A stretch of 51,059 bases of DNA from the NCBI GenBank assembly GCA_964535075.1, contig CAZHRQ010000002.1, positions 1-51,059 of the forward strand, given 5' to 3'. This stretch comes from an uncultured Rhodobacterales bacterium (GTDB lineage Bacteria > Pseudomonadota > Alphaproteobacteria > Rhodospirillales > CAJXLG01). Positions 37,572 through 47,735 of the stretch are shown piece by piece. Numbering within the stretch: the stretch's first letter is position 1; the number at the start of each line of letters is the position of its first letter. The notes under the pieces are model-generated. The model saw nothing but the letters and a program-made list of their open reading frames with translations, had not been told where the DNA came from and searched no databases. The position numbers and the translations under genes were made by a program.

Positions 37572-37904
37572 ATGCGTGTCACCGGTCTCATGATATCGAG
37601 CAGTCTCATACTGGGTCTCAGTGTGGTGTTGTCGGGATGCCCTCCCTTCACCGGCCCGTTCCTGCCCCCACCCGTGACCTTCGAGCCGGTCCCCGAGTCC
37701 GAACCCGTCACCATCGAACCCGAAAGCGAGACCTTCACCGACATGTTGCTGAGGCCTATTCGTCATACTGAAGAGCAGATGGAAAAAAGCGGTCTCGGCC
37801 TTGGCGAGTACACGCCCGCCGATGATGGCGGCGACCGCGACGGCAGTGGTGATGATGGCGGTGGCGGCAGCGGTGGTGGTGGCGGCGGCGGTCACGCTCA
37901 TTAA
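37572..37904 (+). CDS. small lipoprotein with TFEPVPE and EYTPADDGGDRDG-polyGly-HAH C-terminal module
   Basis: The ATG at 37572 is preceded by GGAGGAG. It has the lipobox VLSGC. The C-terminal ~75 aa are paralogous to the C-terminus of the next gene. Confidence 0.6.
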   Translation: MRVTGLMISSSLILGLSVVLSGCPPFTGPFLPPPVTFEPVPESEPVTIEPESETFTDMLLRPIRHTEEQMEKSGLGLGEYTPADDGGDRDGSGDDGGGGSGGGGGGGHAH

Positions 37905-37938
37905 TGGCTTTCCGCACGACATGAAGGGAGAGGCGCCC

Positions 37939-38781
37939 ATGATCCGGTTCGCGATTGTTCCTCTGGTTTTGATGCTTCTGATCCCCTTCCCGGCCCTGGC
38001 GGCGGAGACGGTGGGCACCGTCATCCGGCTCTCCGGCCAAGCGGAGGGGCGCCTGGGGGCTCAACGACGGGCCATACGTCCGCAGGCACCGGTCTATCGT
38101 GCGGAAAGCCTGCACACGGCGGCGGCGTCTCGCCTGCGGGCCCGCCTGGGGGACGGCACTCAGCTCACCATGGGGGCCAACGCCACTCTGGTACTGGATG
38201 ACCTGGTGCTGGGCCGCCGGGGGGCACAGGGGACCGTGCGCCTGATGAGCGGCGCCCTGCGCTTGGTTTCGGGCGCCCACCATCCTGATCTCCAGGTTCA
38301 GACCCCGGTGGGCACCATTGGCATTCGCGGCACCGATTTCTGGCTGGGCCCGGTGCCGGCGGGGTTGGGGGTGCTGTTGTTGCAGGGCGCGGTGGAAGTG
38401 CGCACCAACGCGGGACGCCGGGTTCTGTCCCGTCCTGGCGACGCGGTGGTGCTCACCCGGGCCGATGCCCCGCCGGGCCCGGTCACCCGCTGGACCCGGC
38501 GACAGCAGCGTCGCGCCCTGGCCACCACCGCTTTCCCGGATGAAACCGGCCAGCGGCCCGCGCCCCTAACCTTTGAGCCCGTTCCCGAGGGCAACCGTCC
38601 CACTGGTCCCACCTTCGAGCCGGCCCCGGGACACCCACAGGGCGGTTTCCTGGGCAACCAACTGCCCCAATGGCTGAAGGCCATCGAACCCGGTGAATAC
38701 ACGCCCCCCGATGACGGCGGCGACCGCGACGGCAACAGCGGCGGCGGCAGCAGCGGCGGAGGTGGGGGGGGACACCACTAA
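37939..38781 (+). CDS. secreted FecR-domain protein with the same C-terminal module
   Basis: Signal peptide MIRFAIVPLVLMLLIPFPALA. FecR-like core (GTVIRLSG ... LGDGTQLTMGANATLVLDD ... VQTPVGTIGIRGTDFWL). C-terminus is TFEPVPE ... EYTPPDDGGDRDG ... GGGGGGHH. Confidence 0.75.
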   Translation: MIRFAIVPLVLMLLIPFPALAAETVGTVIRLSGQAEGRLGAQRRAIRPQAPVYRAESLHTAAASRLRARLGDGTQLTMGANATLVLDDLVLGRRGAQGTVRLMSGALRLVSGAHHPDLQVQTPVGTIGIRGTDFWLGPVPAGLGVLLLQGAVEVRTNAGRRVLSRPGDAVVLTRADAPPGPVTRWTRRQQRRALATTAFPDETGQRPAPLTFEPVPEGNRPTGPTFEPAPGHPQGGFLGNQLPQWLKAIEPGEYTPPDDGGDRDGNSGGGSSGGGGGGHH

Positions 38782-38891
38782 AACGTAATCACCCGCTCCA
38801 GGGGAAGACGTCGTTCCCTTCCTCAATAACAAGACAACAAAAGAAGGCGGCCACGCGGACAATCGGTCTCATGACCTCCTGCTATTTCCTT

Positions 38892-38913
38892 TAGAGCGGA
38901 TTCACGCGATCTA
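38892..38913. repeat. repeat-family terminal fragment H
   Basis: TAGAGCGGATTCACGCGATCTA. Its first 16 nt equal the module-2 terminus, and its last 3 nt are the pckA stop codon. Confidence 0.5.
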
Positions 38914-40503
38914 CAGCGCGCTGCGCACGGCGTCTGGCACGTGCTCGGCGTATTGCTGGAAGGTCTCGTGCATCATGGCCGCCAGTTCCGCCGCCTTGGC
39001 GTCATAGGCGCCGCCGTCGGCCCAGGTGGCGCGGGGAGACAATATCTCCGCCGGTACCCCGGGGCAGGCCGTGGGAATGGCCAGACCGAAGGCCGGCTCG
39101 GTGGTAAAGGGGGTGGTGTCCAGGGTGCCGTCCAGGGCCGCGTGTACCAGGGCGCGGGTGTGGGCGATGGACAGTCGGTGCCCCGTGCCGTAGGGCCCAC
39201 CGGACCAGCCCGTGTTCACCAGCCAGCACTGGCTGCCGTGATCCCGCAGGCGCCGCCCCAGAATCTCGGCATAGACCACCGGATGACGGGGCATGAAGGG
39301 GGCGCCGAAACAGGTGGAAAAGGTGGCCTGGGGCTCTCGCACACCCTGTTCCGTGCCCGCCACCCGCGCCGTGTAGCCCAGCAGGAAGTGGGCCATGGCC
39401 TGCTCCGGCGTGAGGCGGCTGAGGGGCGGCAGCACCCCGAAAGCATCGCAGGTGAGCATGATCACCGTGCGGGGATGACCGCCCCGTCCGCCCGGCTGGG
39501 CATTGGGCACCTGGGTGAGGGCATAGGAGGCGCGGGTGTTTTCCGTCAGGCGGCCGTCGTTCAGGTCCAGGGCACGGGTTTCAGGATCCAACACCACGTT
39601 TTCCAGCAGGGTGCCGAACTGGTGGGTGGTGGCGTGGATTTCCGGTTCCGCCACCGGATCCAGGCGGATCACCTTGGCGTAGCAGCCGCCCTCGAAATTG
39701 AACACGCCATTGGGGCCCCAGCCGTGTTCGTCGTCGCCGATGAGGGCGCGGCTGGCGTCGGCGCTGAGGGTGGTCTTGCCGGTGCCCGACAGGCCGAAGA
39801 ACAAGGCCGTGGACCCGTCCCGCCCCACGTTGGCGGAACAGTGCATGGGGCAGACGTCTTGCTCGGGCAGCAGGAAGTTGAGCACCCCGAACACCGATTT
39901 CTTGATTTCCCCGGCATAGGCAGTGCCGCAGATGAGCACCCGCCGGCGGGTGAAATCAACGATGATGGCGGCTTCGGATCGGGTGCCGTCCCGGGCCGGG
40001 TCCGCCTGGAAGCTCGGCGCCTGCAACACGGTGAACCCAGGCGCGAAGTCGGCCAGGGCCTCGGCCGGGGGCGTGATGAACATGTTGCAGGTGAACAGAC
40101 TGTGCCACGCCGTTTCCGTGATCACCCGCACCGGCAGGCGGTGGTCGGGATCGGCGCCGGCGTGACAATCCTGCACGAACACCTCGGCCCCTGTCAGATG
40201 GGCGGTGACGCGCTGCCACAGGGCTTCGAAGGCCTCAGGGGCGAAGGGGCGGTTGACCGTGCCCCAATGCACGGCGTCCCGGGTCAGGGCGTCTTCCACG
40301 GTGAATTTGTCGTCGGGAGAGCGGCCGGTGTGGGGCACGGTGCGGGTGACCAGGGGGCCCCCCTGGGCCAGATGGCCCTCCCGTCGCCGCAGCGCCTCTT
40401 CCACCAGGGCTTCGGGGGCGTAGTTCCAGTGGGCGACCGCCACCCCGTCCAGGCCGAGGGCGGTGAGACCATGACGACTGATGCGGGGACCAAGGTGCTG
40501 CAC
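38911..40503 (-). CDS. pckA: phosphoenolpyruvate carboxykinase (ATP)
   Basis: 530 aa with [13 protein letters not shown] (kinase-1a), IGDDEHGW and GGCYAK motifs. Confidence 0.95.
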   Translation of the reverse strand: MQHLGPRISRHGLTALGLDGVAVAHWNYAPEALVEEALRRREGHLAQGGPLVTRTVPHTGRSPDDKFTVEDALTRDAVHWGTVNRPFAPEAFEALWQRVTAHLTGAEVFVQDCHAGADPDHRLPVRVITETAWHSLFTCNMFITPPAEALADFAPGFTVLQAPSFQADPARDGTRSEAAIIVDFTRRRVLICGTAYAGEIKKSVFGVLNFLLPEQDVCPMHCSANVGRDGSTALFFGLSGTGKTTLSADASRALIGDDEHGWGPNGVFNFEGGCYAKVIRLDPVAEPEIHATTHQFGTLLENVVLDPETRALDLNDGRLTENTRASYALTQVPNAQPGGRGGHPRTVIMLTCDAFGVLPPLSRLTPEQAMAHFLLGYTARVAGTEQGVREPQATFSTCFGAPFMPRHPVVYAEILGRRLRDHGSQCWLVNTGWSGGPYGTGHRLSIAHTRALVHAALDGTLDTTPFTTEPAFGLAIPTACPGVPAEILSPRATWADGGAYDAKAAELAAMMHETFQQYAEHVPDAVRSAL

Positions 40504-40582
40504 GGAACCCTCCTGCGACGTCGGTCGAGGGCTCCAGTATGACGCCCCTGGCGGCGGGGCGCCAAGGGCAGACGCAAAAAAA

Positions 40583-41029
40583 TCACGCCTGTGAGGACGG
40601 TCCGTACAGGCTTTCCGCCCGGTGCTCGAAGGCGTTGACCATCATGCGCACCGCCTGATCAAACAGGCCGCCCATCACCCGCTGTAACATGCGGTTGCGA
40701 AACTCAAAATCAATATAGAAATCCACCACACAGCCTTTATCGTGGGGGTCGAACACCCAATGGTTGTTGAGGTGGCGAAAGGGGCCGTCGGTGTAGGTGA
40801 CGTCGATGCGGTTGGGGCAGTCGGTGACCACCAGGGACGTATAGCGTTCCCGAATCATTTTAAAGCCGATCACCAGGTCGGCTCTGAAGCGGGTCTCGGT
40901 TTCCCGGCTGCGGATGCGGGCGGCCACGCACCAGGGCAGAAACTCGGGATAGCGTTCCACGTCGGCCACCAGCCCGCACATTTGCTCGGGGGAATAGGGC
41001 AGCACCCGCTTTTCCGCATGGGTGGGCAT
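40583..41029 (-). CDS. ratA: SRPBCC-fold protein, RatA/COQ10-like
   Basis: 148 aa ([14 protein letters not shown] ... [12 protein letters not shown]) in the conserved position downstream of lipA. Confidence 0.75.
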   Translation of the reverse strand: MPTHAEKRVLPYSPEQMCGLVADVERYPEFLPWCVAARIRSRETETRFRADLVIGFKMIRERYTSLVVTDCPNRIDVTYTDGPFRHLNNHWVFDPHDKGCVVDFYIDFEFRNRMLQRVMGGLFDQAVRMMVNAFEHRAESLYGPSSQA

Positions 41030-41040
41030 GGCGACCCTCG

Positions 41041-41970
41041 CTACTCGGCCGCCGTGCGCCGGGCCCGCAGCGCGGCGAAGTCCCGGTCGGCGTGGTGGGA
41101 GGAACGGGTGAAGGGCGTGGCCGCCACCATCAGGAAGCCCTTGGCATAGGCCCGTTTCTCCAGGATCTGGAAGGCCTCCGGCGTGACGTAGCGGTCCACG
41201 GCGGCATGCTTGCGGGTAGGTTGCAGGTACTGGCCCACGGTGAGGAAGTCCACGCCGGCGGCGCGCATGTCGTCCATCACCTGCTGGATTTCCCCGTCGT
41301 CCTCGCCCAGGCCCACCATCAGCCCCGACTTGGTGAACACCGCGGGATTCAGGGCGCGTGCCCGGTCCAGCAGGTTCAGGGAATGGTAGTAACGGGCGCC
41401 CGGTCGGATGGTGGGATAAAGCCGTGGCACCGTTTCCAGGTTGTGGTTGAACACGTCCGGCCCGGCGGCCATCAGGGTTTCCAGCGCCCCCGGCTTGTCG
41501 CGGAAATCGGGGGTCAGCACCTCGATGGTGGTGTCGGGGGACTGGTCGCGGATGGCCTCGATGCAGGCCACGTAATGGCCAGCGCCGCCGTCGTCCAGGT
41601 CGTCGCGGTCCACGGAGGTGATCACCACATGAGTGAGGCCCATGTCCCGCACGGAGGCGGCCAGGTTCCCCGGTTCTTCGGGGTCCAGGGCGGTGGGGCG
41701 GCCGGTGCGCACGTTGCAGAAGGCGCAGGCGCGGGTGCAGATGTCGCCCATGATCAGGAAGCTGGCATGCTTGCGCTGCCAGCATTCGCCGATGTTGGGG
41801 CAGGCCGCTTCCTCGCACACGGTGTGCAGGTGGCGGCCGCGCATCAGGCGCCGCACCGAGGCGTGCTCGGCGGAAGTGGGCGCCTTGACCCGGATCCAGT
41901 CGGGCTTGCGGGGCGAGATCTGGTCCGGCTTGCGCGCCTTTTCCGGATGGCGTTGGGGGCTGTCCGTCAT
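41041..41970 (-). CDS. lipA: lipoyl synthase
   Basis: Has the [12 protein letters not shown] auxiliary cluster and the radical-SAM motif [10 protein letters not shown]. Confidence 0.95.
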   Translation of the reverse strand: MTDSPQRHPEKARKPDQISPRKPDWIRVKAPTSAEHASVRRLMRGRHLHTVCEEAACPNIGECWQRKHASFLIMGDICTRACAFCNVRTGRPTALDPEEPGNLAASVRDMGLTHVVITSVDRDDLDDGGAGHYVACIEAIRDQSPDTTIEVLTPDFRDKPGALETLMAAGPDVFNHNLETVPRLYPTIRPGARYYHSLNLLDRARALNPAVFTKSGLMVGLGEDDGEIQQVMDDMRAAGVDFLTVGQYLQPTRKHAAVDRYVTPEAFQILEKRAYAKGFLMVAATPFTRSSHHADRDFAALRARRTAAE

Positions 41971-41973
41971 GGC

Positions 41974-43377
41974 TCAGAAATGGATGGCCCGGCCGTAGGC
42001 GTCAAGGACCGATTCGTGCATCATTTCCGAAAGGGTGGGGTGGGGGAACACCGTTTCCATCAGTTCGGCCTCGGTGGTTTCCAGGGTTTGCCCCACGGCA
42101 TAGCCCTGGATCATTTCCGTTACCTCCGCGCCGATCATGTGGGCGCCCAGCAGCTCGCCGGTGCGGGCATCGAACACGGTCTTGACCATGCCTTCGGTAT
42201 CGCCCAGGGCCACCGCCTTGCCGTTGCCCACGAAGGGGAAGTGGCCCACCTTGATGTGGTGGCCGCGCTCCTTGGCCTGGGGCTCGGTGAGGCCCAGGCT
42301 GGCCACCTGGGGATGGCAATAGGTGCAGCCGGGGACCCGGTTGGGGTCCAGGGGATGGGGCTGACCGCCGGCGATGGCCTCGGCGCAGATCACACCCTCG
42401 TGGCTGGCCTTGTGGGCGAGCCACGGCGGCGCCACCAGATCGCCGATGGCATAGAGCCCCTGAACGCTGGTGCGCAACAGCCCGTCCACCACCACGTGGC
42501 CCCGGTCCAGGGTCACGCCCAGATCTTCCAGGCCCAGATCCTCGGAATTGGCGGTGATGCCCACGGCGGACAGCACCCGTTCCACGGTCACCTGCTGCGA
42601 GGCGCTGTTGGCCGCCACCGTGGCGGTGACGCTGTTCGCCCCCTTGTCCAGCTTGGTGACCTTGGCGCCGGTGAGGAAGCGAATGCCCTGTTTTTCCAGC
42701 GCCTTGCGCGCCATGTCGGAGATTTCCGGGTCTTCCACCGGCAGAATGCGGTCCACCACCTCCACCACCGTGACCTCGGTGCCAAAGGTATTGAAGAAGC
42801 TGGCGAACTCGATCCCGATGGCGCCAGAGCCCACCACCAGCAGCGACTTGGGCAGGCTTTCGGACACCAGCGCGTGCTTGTAGGTCCACACCTGCTTGCC
42901 ATCGGCCTCCAGGCCGGGCAGTTCCCGGGCCCGGGCGCCGGTGGCCAGGATGATGTGGGCGGCGGCGAGATCGGCGGTGGCGTTGCCATCGCCATCGGTC
43001 ACCACCACCTTGCCGGCGCCGTTGAGCCGGCCCCGGCCGTCGAACACGGTGACCTTGTTCTTTTTCAGCAGATGCTTGACTCCGCCCGAGAGCCGCCGCG
43101 CCACGGAGCGGGAGCGCTTGACCATGGCGGCCAGATCAAAGGTGGCGGTGCCGTCGATGCCCAGGCCGAAATTCTTGGCCTCCCGCATCAGCCGGTATAC
43201 GTCGGCCGAGCGCAGCAGGGCCTTGGTGGGAATGCAACCCCAGTTGAGGCAGATGCCCCCCAGGTGTTCCCGTTCCACCAAGGCGGTGTTGAGCCCGAGC
43301 TGAGCGGCCCGGATGGCGGCCACGTAGCCGCCGGGCCCGCCCCCGATCACCACCACGTCAAAGGTCTGCTGCGCCAT
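41974..43377 (-). CDS. lpdA: dihydrolipoyl dehydrogenase (E3)
   Basis: GGGPGGY FAD motif, redox-active LNWGCIPTK, and C-terminal HAHPT-like FPHPTLSE. Confidence 0.93.
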   Translation of the reverse strand: MAQQTFDVVVIGGGPGGYVAAIRAAQLGLNTALVEREHLGGICLNWGCIPTKALLRSADVYRLMREAKNFGLGIDGTATFDLAAMVKRSRSVARRLSGGVKHLLKKNKVTVFDGRGRLNGAGKVVVTDGDGNATADLAAAHIILATGARARELPGLEADGKQVWTYKHALVSESLPKSLLVVGSGAIGIEFASFFNTFGTEVTVVEVVDRILPVEDPEISDMARKALEKQGIRFLTGAKVTKLDKGANSVTATVAANSASQQVTVERVLSAVGITANSEDLGLEDLGVTLDRGHVVVDGLLRTSVQGLYAIGDLVAPPWLAHKASHEGVICAEAIAGGQPHPLDPNRVPGCTYCHPQVASLGLTEPQAKERGHHIKVGHFPFVGNGKAVALGDTEGMVKTVFDARTGELLGAHMIGAEVTEMIQGYAVGQTLETTEAELMETVFPHPTLSEMMHESVLDAYGRAIHF

Positions 43378-43441
43378 GGTCTGTCCTTGGATTCTGTTAC
43401 TCGTGGGGTTTCTGTCGCGCGTGGCTGAAACGGCGGCACCG

Positions 43442-44734
43442 TCAGAGCATCATGGTGAGGGGATCCTCAATGAAGCCCTTGAAAGCGGCCAGGAACTCGG
43501 CCCCCACGGCGCCGTCCACCGAACGGTGGTCCACCGATAGGGTGCAGGTCATCATGGTGGCCACCGCCAGGGCGCCGTCGCGTACCACCGGCCGCTGCTC
43601 GCCCTGACCCACGGCCAGGATGCACGACTGGGGCGGGTTGATGATGGCCGAGAAACTCTGGATGCCGTACATGCCCAGGTTGGAAATGGTGAAGCCGCCG
43701 CCCTGGTATTCCTCGGGGGCCAGTTTCTGCTCCCGGGCGCGGGTGGCCAGGTCGCGCACCTCGTTGGAGAGCTCGGCCAACCCCTTGCGGTCGGCGTTGC
43801 GCACCACCGGGGTGATCAGGCCCTGATCGGTGGCGACGGCCACGGCGACATCCACGTTGTCCAGGCGGCGGATGGCCTTTTCGGTCCAGATGGCGTTGGC
43901 CGCCGGCACCTGCCGCAGGGCCAGCGCCACCGCCCGCACGATGAAGTCGTTCACCGATAGCTTGTAGGCGTCGGAGCGGCCGTTGAGTTGTTTGCGCAGG
44001 TCCAGCAAAGGATCCACGGCGCAGTCCACCGTCAGATAAAAGTGCGGAATGGTCTGCTTGGATTCCTGCAGGCGCTGGGCGATGACCTTGCGCATGGTGG
44101 CGTTGGGCACTTCGGTATAGGCCTGCCCGTACATTTCCGGCTCGGCACTGGTCGCCGGTTGGGGGGTGGGCGCCGGCGCGGCGGTGGTCTCCGGGGCCGG
44201 TGCCACGCCCTCCCGTTGCGCCCGTTCCACATCGGCCTTGATGATGCGGCCGTGGGGGCCGCTGCCGGTGAGGCGGTCCAGAGGGATGCCGGCGTCCTGC
44301 GCCAAGCGCCGGGCCAGGGGCGAGGCAAAAACACGTCCCGTGCCGGCCGGCTGGGTGGGGCCGCTGGGGCCGGATTGAGAAGGCGCTTGAGGGGTACTCG
44401 GTGGTTGCGGCGCGGCGGAGCCATCCCCGCTGTCTTCCGCGTTGCCGGCGGGCGGGGTGGTGTCCACCTGATCCAGGACACTGGGGTCCTCGCCGTCTTC
44501 CAGCAGCAGGGCGATGACGGCGTTCACGGCCACGCCTTCGCTGCCCTCGGGCACCACGATACGGCCGAGGGTACCGTCCTCCACCGCTTCCACTTCCATG
44601 GTGGCCTTGTCGGTTTCGATTTCGGCGATCACGTCGCCGCTGGCCACCGCATCGCCTTCCTTCTTCTGCCACCGCGCAAGCTTGCCCTCCGTCATGGTGG
44701 GCGAGAGGGCGGGCATCAGCACCTTTATCGACAT
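43442..44734 (-). CDS. pdhC: pyruvate dehydrogenase E2 dihydrolipoamide acetyltransferase
   Basis: Lipoyl domain ([13 protein letters not shown]), E3-binding domain (SPLARRLA), and catalytic DHRSVDG. Confidence 0.92.
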   Translation of the reverse strand: MSIKVLMPALSPTMTEGKLARWQKKEGDAVASGDVIAEIETDKATMEVEAVEDGTLGRIVVPEGSEGVAVNAVIALLLEDGEDPSVLDQVDTTPPAGNAEDSGDGSAAPQPPSTPQAPSQSGPSGPTQPAGTGRVFASPLARRLAQDAGIPLDRLTGSGPHGRIIKADVERAQREGVAPAPETTAAPAPTPQPATSAEPEMYGQAYTEVPNATMRKVIAQRLQESKQTIPHFYLTVDCAVDPLLDLRKQLNGRSDAYKLSVNDFIVRAVALALRQVPAANAIWTEKAIRRLDNVDVAVAVATDQGLITPVVRNADRKGLAELSNEVRDLATRAREQKLAPEEYQGGGFTISNLGMYGIQSFSAIINPPQSCILAVGQGEQRPVVRDGALAVATMMTCTLSVDHRSVDGAVGAEFLAAFKGFIEDPLTMML

Positions 44735-44825
44735 GGCGAGGCTCTCCTGATGAACAAACGGACACGCATTACGCCGGGGAAGGGAACGACGGGACGGCCC
44801 CGGGGACCGTCCCGATCACACGGTC

Positions 44826-46229
44826 CTACTTGACGTAGCAGACCTGTTTGGCGGCCTCCACCACCTGCGGCGGCTGAGGCGTGGCCAGGTGTTCCAGGTT
44901 GGCGGCATAGGGCATGGGGACGTCGGCCCCGGCCACCCGCATCACCGGTGCATCCAGCCAGTCGAAGCAGTCCTCCATCACCACGGCGGCGATTTCCGCC
45001 CCGATGCCGGCGGTGACCCAGCCTTCTTCGATGGTGACCAGGCGATTGGTTTTGCGCAGGGAGGTACACAGGGTCTTGCGGTCCAGGGGCCGCAGGCTGC
45101 GCAGGTTGATCACCTCCGCCTGGATGCCTTCGCCGGCCAGGGTTTCCGCCGCCTGCAAGGCCACGTCCACCATGCGGGAGAAGGCCACCAGGGTCACATC
45201 CGTGCCCGAGCGTTCCACCTTGGCCTTGCCAAAGGGCAGGATGTAATCCTCCCGCACCGGGCATTCGGAGGAATGGCCGTACAGGATTTCGTTTTCCAGC
45301 ACGATCACCGGGTTGGGATCGCGCACGGCGGCCTTGATCAGGCCCTTGGCGTCGGCGGCGCTGAAGGGCGATACCACCTTCAGTCCCGGAATGTGGGCGT
45401 ACCAGGAGGCGTAGCACTGGGAGTGTTGGGCCCCCACCCGGGCGGCGGCGCCGTTGGGCCCGCGGAAGACGATGGGCACCGGCATCTGGCCGCCGGACAT
45501 GTACAGGGTCTTGGCCGCCGAGTTCACCAGGTGGTCCATGGCCTGCATGGCGAAGTTGAAGGTCATGAATTCCACGATGGGCTTCAGGCCGCGGAAGGCG
45601 GCGCCCACGGCCAGACCGGTGAAGCCGTGCTCGGTGATGGGGGTGTCCACCACCCGCTTGTCGCCGAACTCCGCCAGCAGGCCCTGGGTGACCTTGTAGG
45701 CGCCTTCGAACTGGGCCACTTCCTCGCCCATGACGAAGACCTCACCATCGCGGCGCATTTCCTCGGCCATGGCGTCGCGCAGGGCTTCGCGCACGGTCAT
45801 GGTTTTGGTTTCGCCCAGCGGCGGTTCATCGGCGTCGGGGTCTTCCGCCGGTGCCGCCGGCACGGTGGCGGTGGCTTGTTGGGGGGGCGAGGTCTCCGCC
45901 CGGGGGGCTTCCTGGGCCGCGGGTTGCGCCCCCTGGGCCGCCTTTTTGGCCTCGGCCTCGGCGGCGTCCAGCGCGCTTTCGTCCTCGCCCTCGGCCAGGA
46001 TCAGGCCGATGGGGGTGTTCACGGGGATGTTCTCGGTCCCCTCGGCCACCAGTTGGCGGCCGAGGGTGCCTTCCTCCACCGCCTCCACTTCCATGGTGGC
46101 CTTGTCGGTTTCCACTTCGGCCACCACGTCGCCGCTGGCGATGCTGTCGCCGGGATTTTTGGTCCAGCGGGCCAGCTTGCCCTCGGTCATGGTGGGGGAC
46201 AGTGCCGGCATCAGAACCTGGATCGGCAT
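44826..46229 (-). CDS. pdhB: pyruvate dehydrogenase E1 beta subunit with N-terminal lipoyl domain
   Basis: N-terminal lipoyl domain ([13 protein letters not shown]) fused through an Ala/Pro linker to a transketolase-like E1-beta core. Confidence 0.93.
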   Translation of the reverse strand: MPIQVLMPALSPTMTEGKLARWTKNPGDSIASGDVVAEVETDKATMEVEAVEEGTLGRQLVAEGTENIPVNTPIGLILAEGEDESALDAAEAEAKKAAQGAQPAAQEAPRAETSPPQQATATVPAAPAEDPDADEPPLGETKTMTVREALRDAMAEEMRRDGEVFVMGEEVAQFEGAYKVTQGLLAEFGDKRVVDTPITEHGFTGLAVGAAFRGLKPIVEFMTFNFAMQAMDHLVNSAAKTLYMSGGQMPVPIVFRGPNGAAARVGAQHSQCYASWYAHIPGLKVVSPFSAADAKGLIKAAVRDPNPVIVLENEILYGHSSECPVREDYILPFGKAKVERSGTDVTLVAFSRMVDVALQAAETLAGEGIQAEVINLRSLRPLDRKTLCTSLRKTNRLVTIEEGWVTAGIGAEIAAVVMEDCFDWLDAPVMRVAGADVPMPYAANLEHLATPQPPQVVEAAKQVCYVK

Positions 46230-46362
46230 CCTTCAAGCCTCCGTCTTCTGCGAGAGCTCATGGCGCCGCCTCTGGATGGCGACGGCACAACAATGAGCGT
46301 CAAACCACGACCTGCGGTGGCGTTCCCCCGGCATGGGGCGGGCGCCAGCGCAGGGGCTGGGA

Positions 46363-47364
46363 TCAGGCGTCCACCAGCACGTCCGTATAGAGTTCCGAGG
46401 GATCGGGCTCGGGGCTGCTCTGGGCGAAGTCGGCGGCGGCGCCCACCACTTCCTTCACCTCGCGATCCACCTTTTTGATGCTGTCCTCGTCCAGCACGCC
46501 ATCGGCCAGCAGCTTCTTGCGCAGCTGCTCGATGGGATCGTGTTCGGTGCGCATTTTCTGCACTTCTTCCTTCGTGCGGTACTTGGCGGGGTCGGACATG
46601 GAGTGCCCGCGATAGCGATAGGTCTTGCACTCCAGGATCAGGGGACCCTTGCCGTCGCGTACGTATTGGGTGGCCTCCCGGGCCGCCTCGCGCACGGCCA
46701 GCACGTCCATGCCGTCCACCTGCCGGCCGTCCACGCCGCAGGCCCGGCCGCGGTGGCACAGGTCGATGTTGGCGGAGGCCCGCTCCACCGAGGTGCCCAT
46801 GCCGTACTTGTTGTTCTCGATCACGTACAGCACCGGCAGATTCCACAGGGCGGCCATGTTGAAGGATTCGTACACCTGCCCCTGGTTGGCGGCGCCATCC
46901 CCGAAGTAGGTGATGCTGATGTTGCCGTCGTTGCGGTACTGGTGGGCGAAGGCCAGACCGGAGCCGATGGGCACCGGCGCGCCCACGATGCCATGGCCAC
47001 CGAAGAAGTGCTTTTCGTGGCTGAACATGTGCATGCTGCCACCCTTGCCCTTGGAATAGCCCCCGCGCCGGCCGGTGAGCTCAGCCATCACGCCCTTGGG
47101 GTCCATGCCGCAGGCCAGCATGTGGCCGTGGTCGCGGTAGCTGGTGACGACGGAGTCGCCCTCGTTCAACACCGACTGGATGCCCACCACCACGGCCTCC
47201 TGGCCGATGTACAGGTGGCAGAAGCCGCCGATCAGCCCCATGCCGTAGAGCTGCCCCGCCTTTTCCTCGAAACGGCGGATCAGCAGCATCTCCCGGTACA
47301 GGGACACCATGTCCTCCCCGGACAGGGCATCCTGCGTGGATGCCTCTTGGGAACTCGTCGCCAT
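46363..47364 (-). CDS. pdhA: pyruvate dehydrogenase E1 alpha subunit
   Basis: Start at ATG 47364 with GGAGGGAGGG upstream. It has the TPP-binding GDGAANQG and YRYRGHSMSDP motifs. Confidence 0.93.
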   Translation of the reverse strand: MATSSQEASTQDALSGEDMVSLYREMLLIRRFEEKAGQLYGMGLIGGFCHLYIGQEAVVVGIQSVLNEGDSVVTSYRDHGHMLACGMDPKGVMAELTGRRGGYSKGKGGSMHMFSHEKHFFGGHGIVGAPVPIGSGLAFAHQYRNDGNISITYFGDGAANQGQVYESFNMAALWNLPVLYVIENNKYGMGTSVERASANIDLCHRGRACGVDGRQVDGMDVLAVREAAREATQYVRDGKGPLILECKTYRYRGHSMSDPAKYRTKEEVQKMRTEHDPIEQLRKKLLADGVLDEDSIKKVDREVKEVVGAAADFAQSSPEPDPSELYTDVLVDA

Positions 47365-47565
47365 GGGAACCCTCCCTCCATGGATGACCCCGGCGAGGCC
47401 GGGAATGAACACGGCACGACGCCGCGTGCGGGTCGCGATCGCCCGGCACCTTACAGAGCCCTTATGGGATTGAAAACCCCGCGCGGGCCGGGAAAGACGC
47501 TTATGGCAGCGCACCATGGGCCCATGGGGGCGTGAAACGCAGCGGGGGCGATGATTCTCGTTCAA

Positions 47566-47706
47566 AGAGCGGGTCGCGCCCCATCGGGGTCACGCGGTGA
47601 CCCGGATGGGGCGCGTGAATCCGTTCTAAAACAAATGGATAGAGCCGAATCTCGCCGTCAATGGGACCCCAAAAATGGATCCCATTGATGACCGCGATAG
47701 GCTCTA
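47566..47706. repeat. composite palindromic repeat, copy G (module 2-like + linker + module 1)
   Basis: Module 2-like arm is AGAGCGGGTCGCGCCCCATCGGGGTCACGCGGTGACCCGGATGGGGCGCGTGAATCCGTTCTA. The linker is AAACAAATGGA. Module 1 is TAGAGCCGAATCTCGCCGTCAATGGGACCCC...GATCCCATTGATGACCGCGATAGGCTCTA. Confidence 0.85.
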
Positions 47707-47735
47707 ACCTCTTGATGCCAAACGTCTATGGAGGG

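Noticed and set aside
40583-41029. RatA-type protein as a toxin-antitoxin or defence module.
   Set aside because: No small partner ORF is present. The lipA-adjacent SRPBCC gene is a conserved housekeeping arrangement in Alphaproteobacteria, so it is not an accessory system.
44826-46229. Lipoyl domain fused to the E1 beta subunit, as an unusual fusion.
   Set aside because: This architecture is the normal one for alphaproteobacterial PdhB, so it is not novel.
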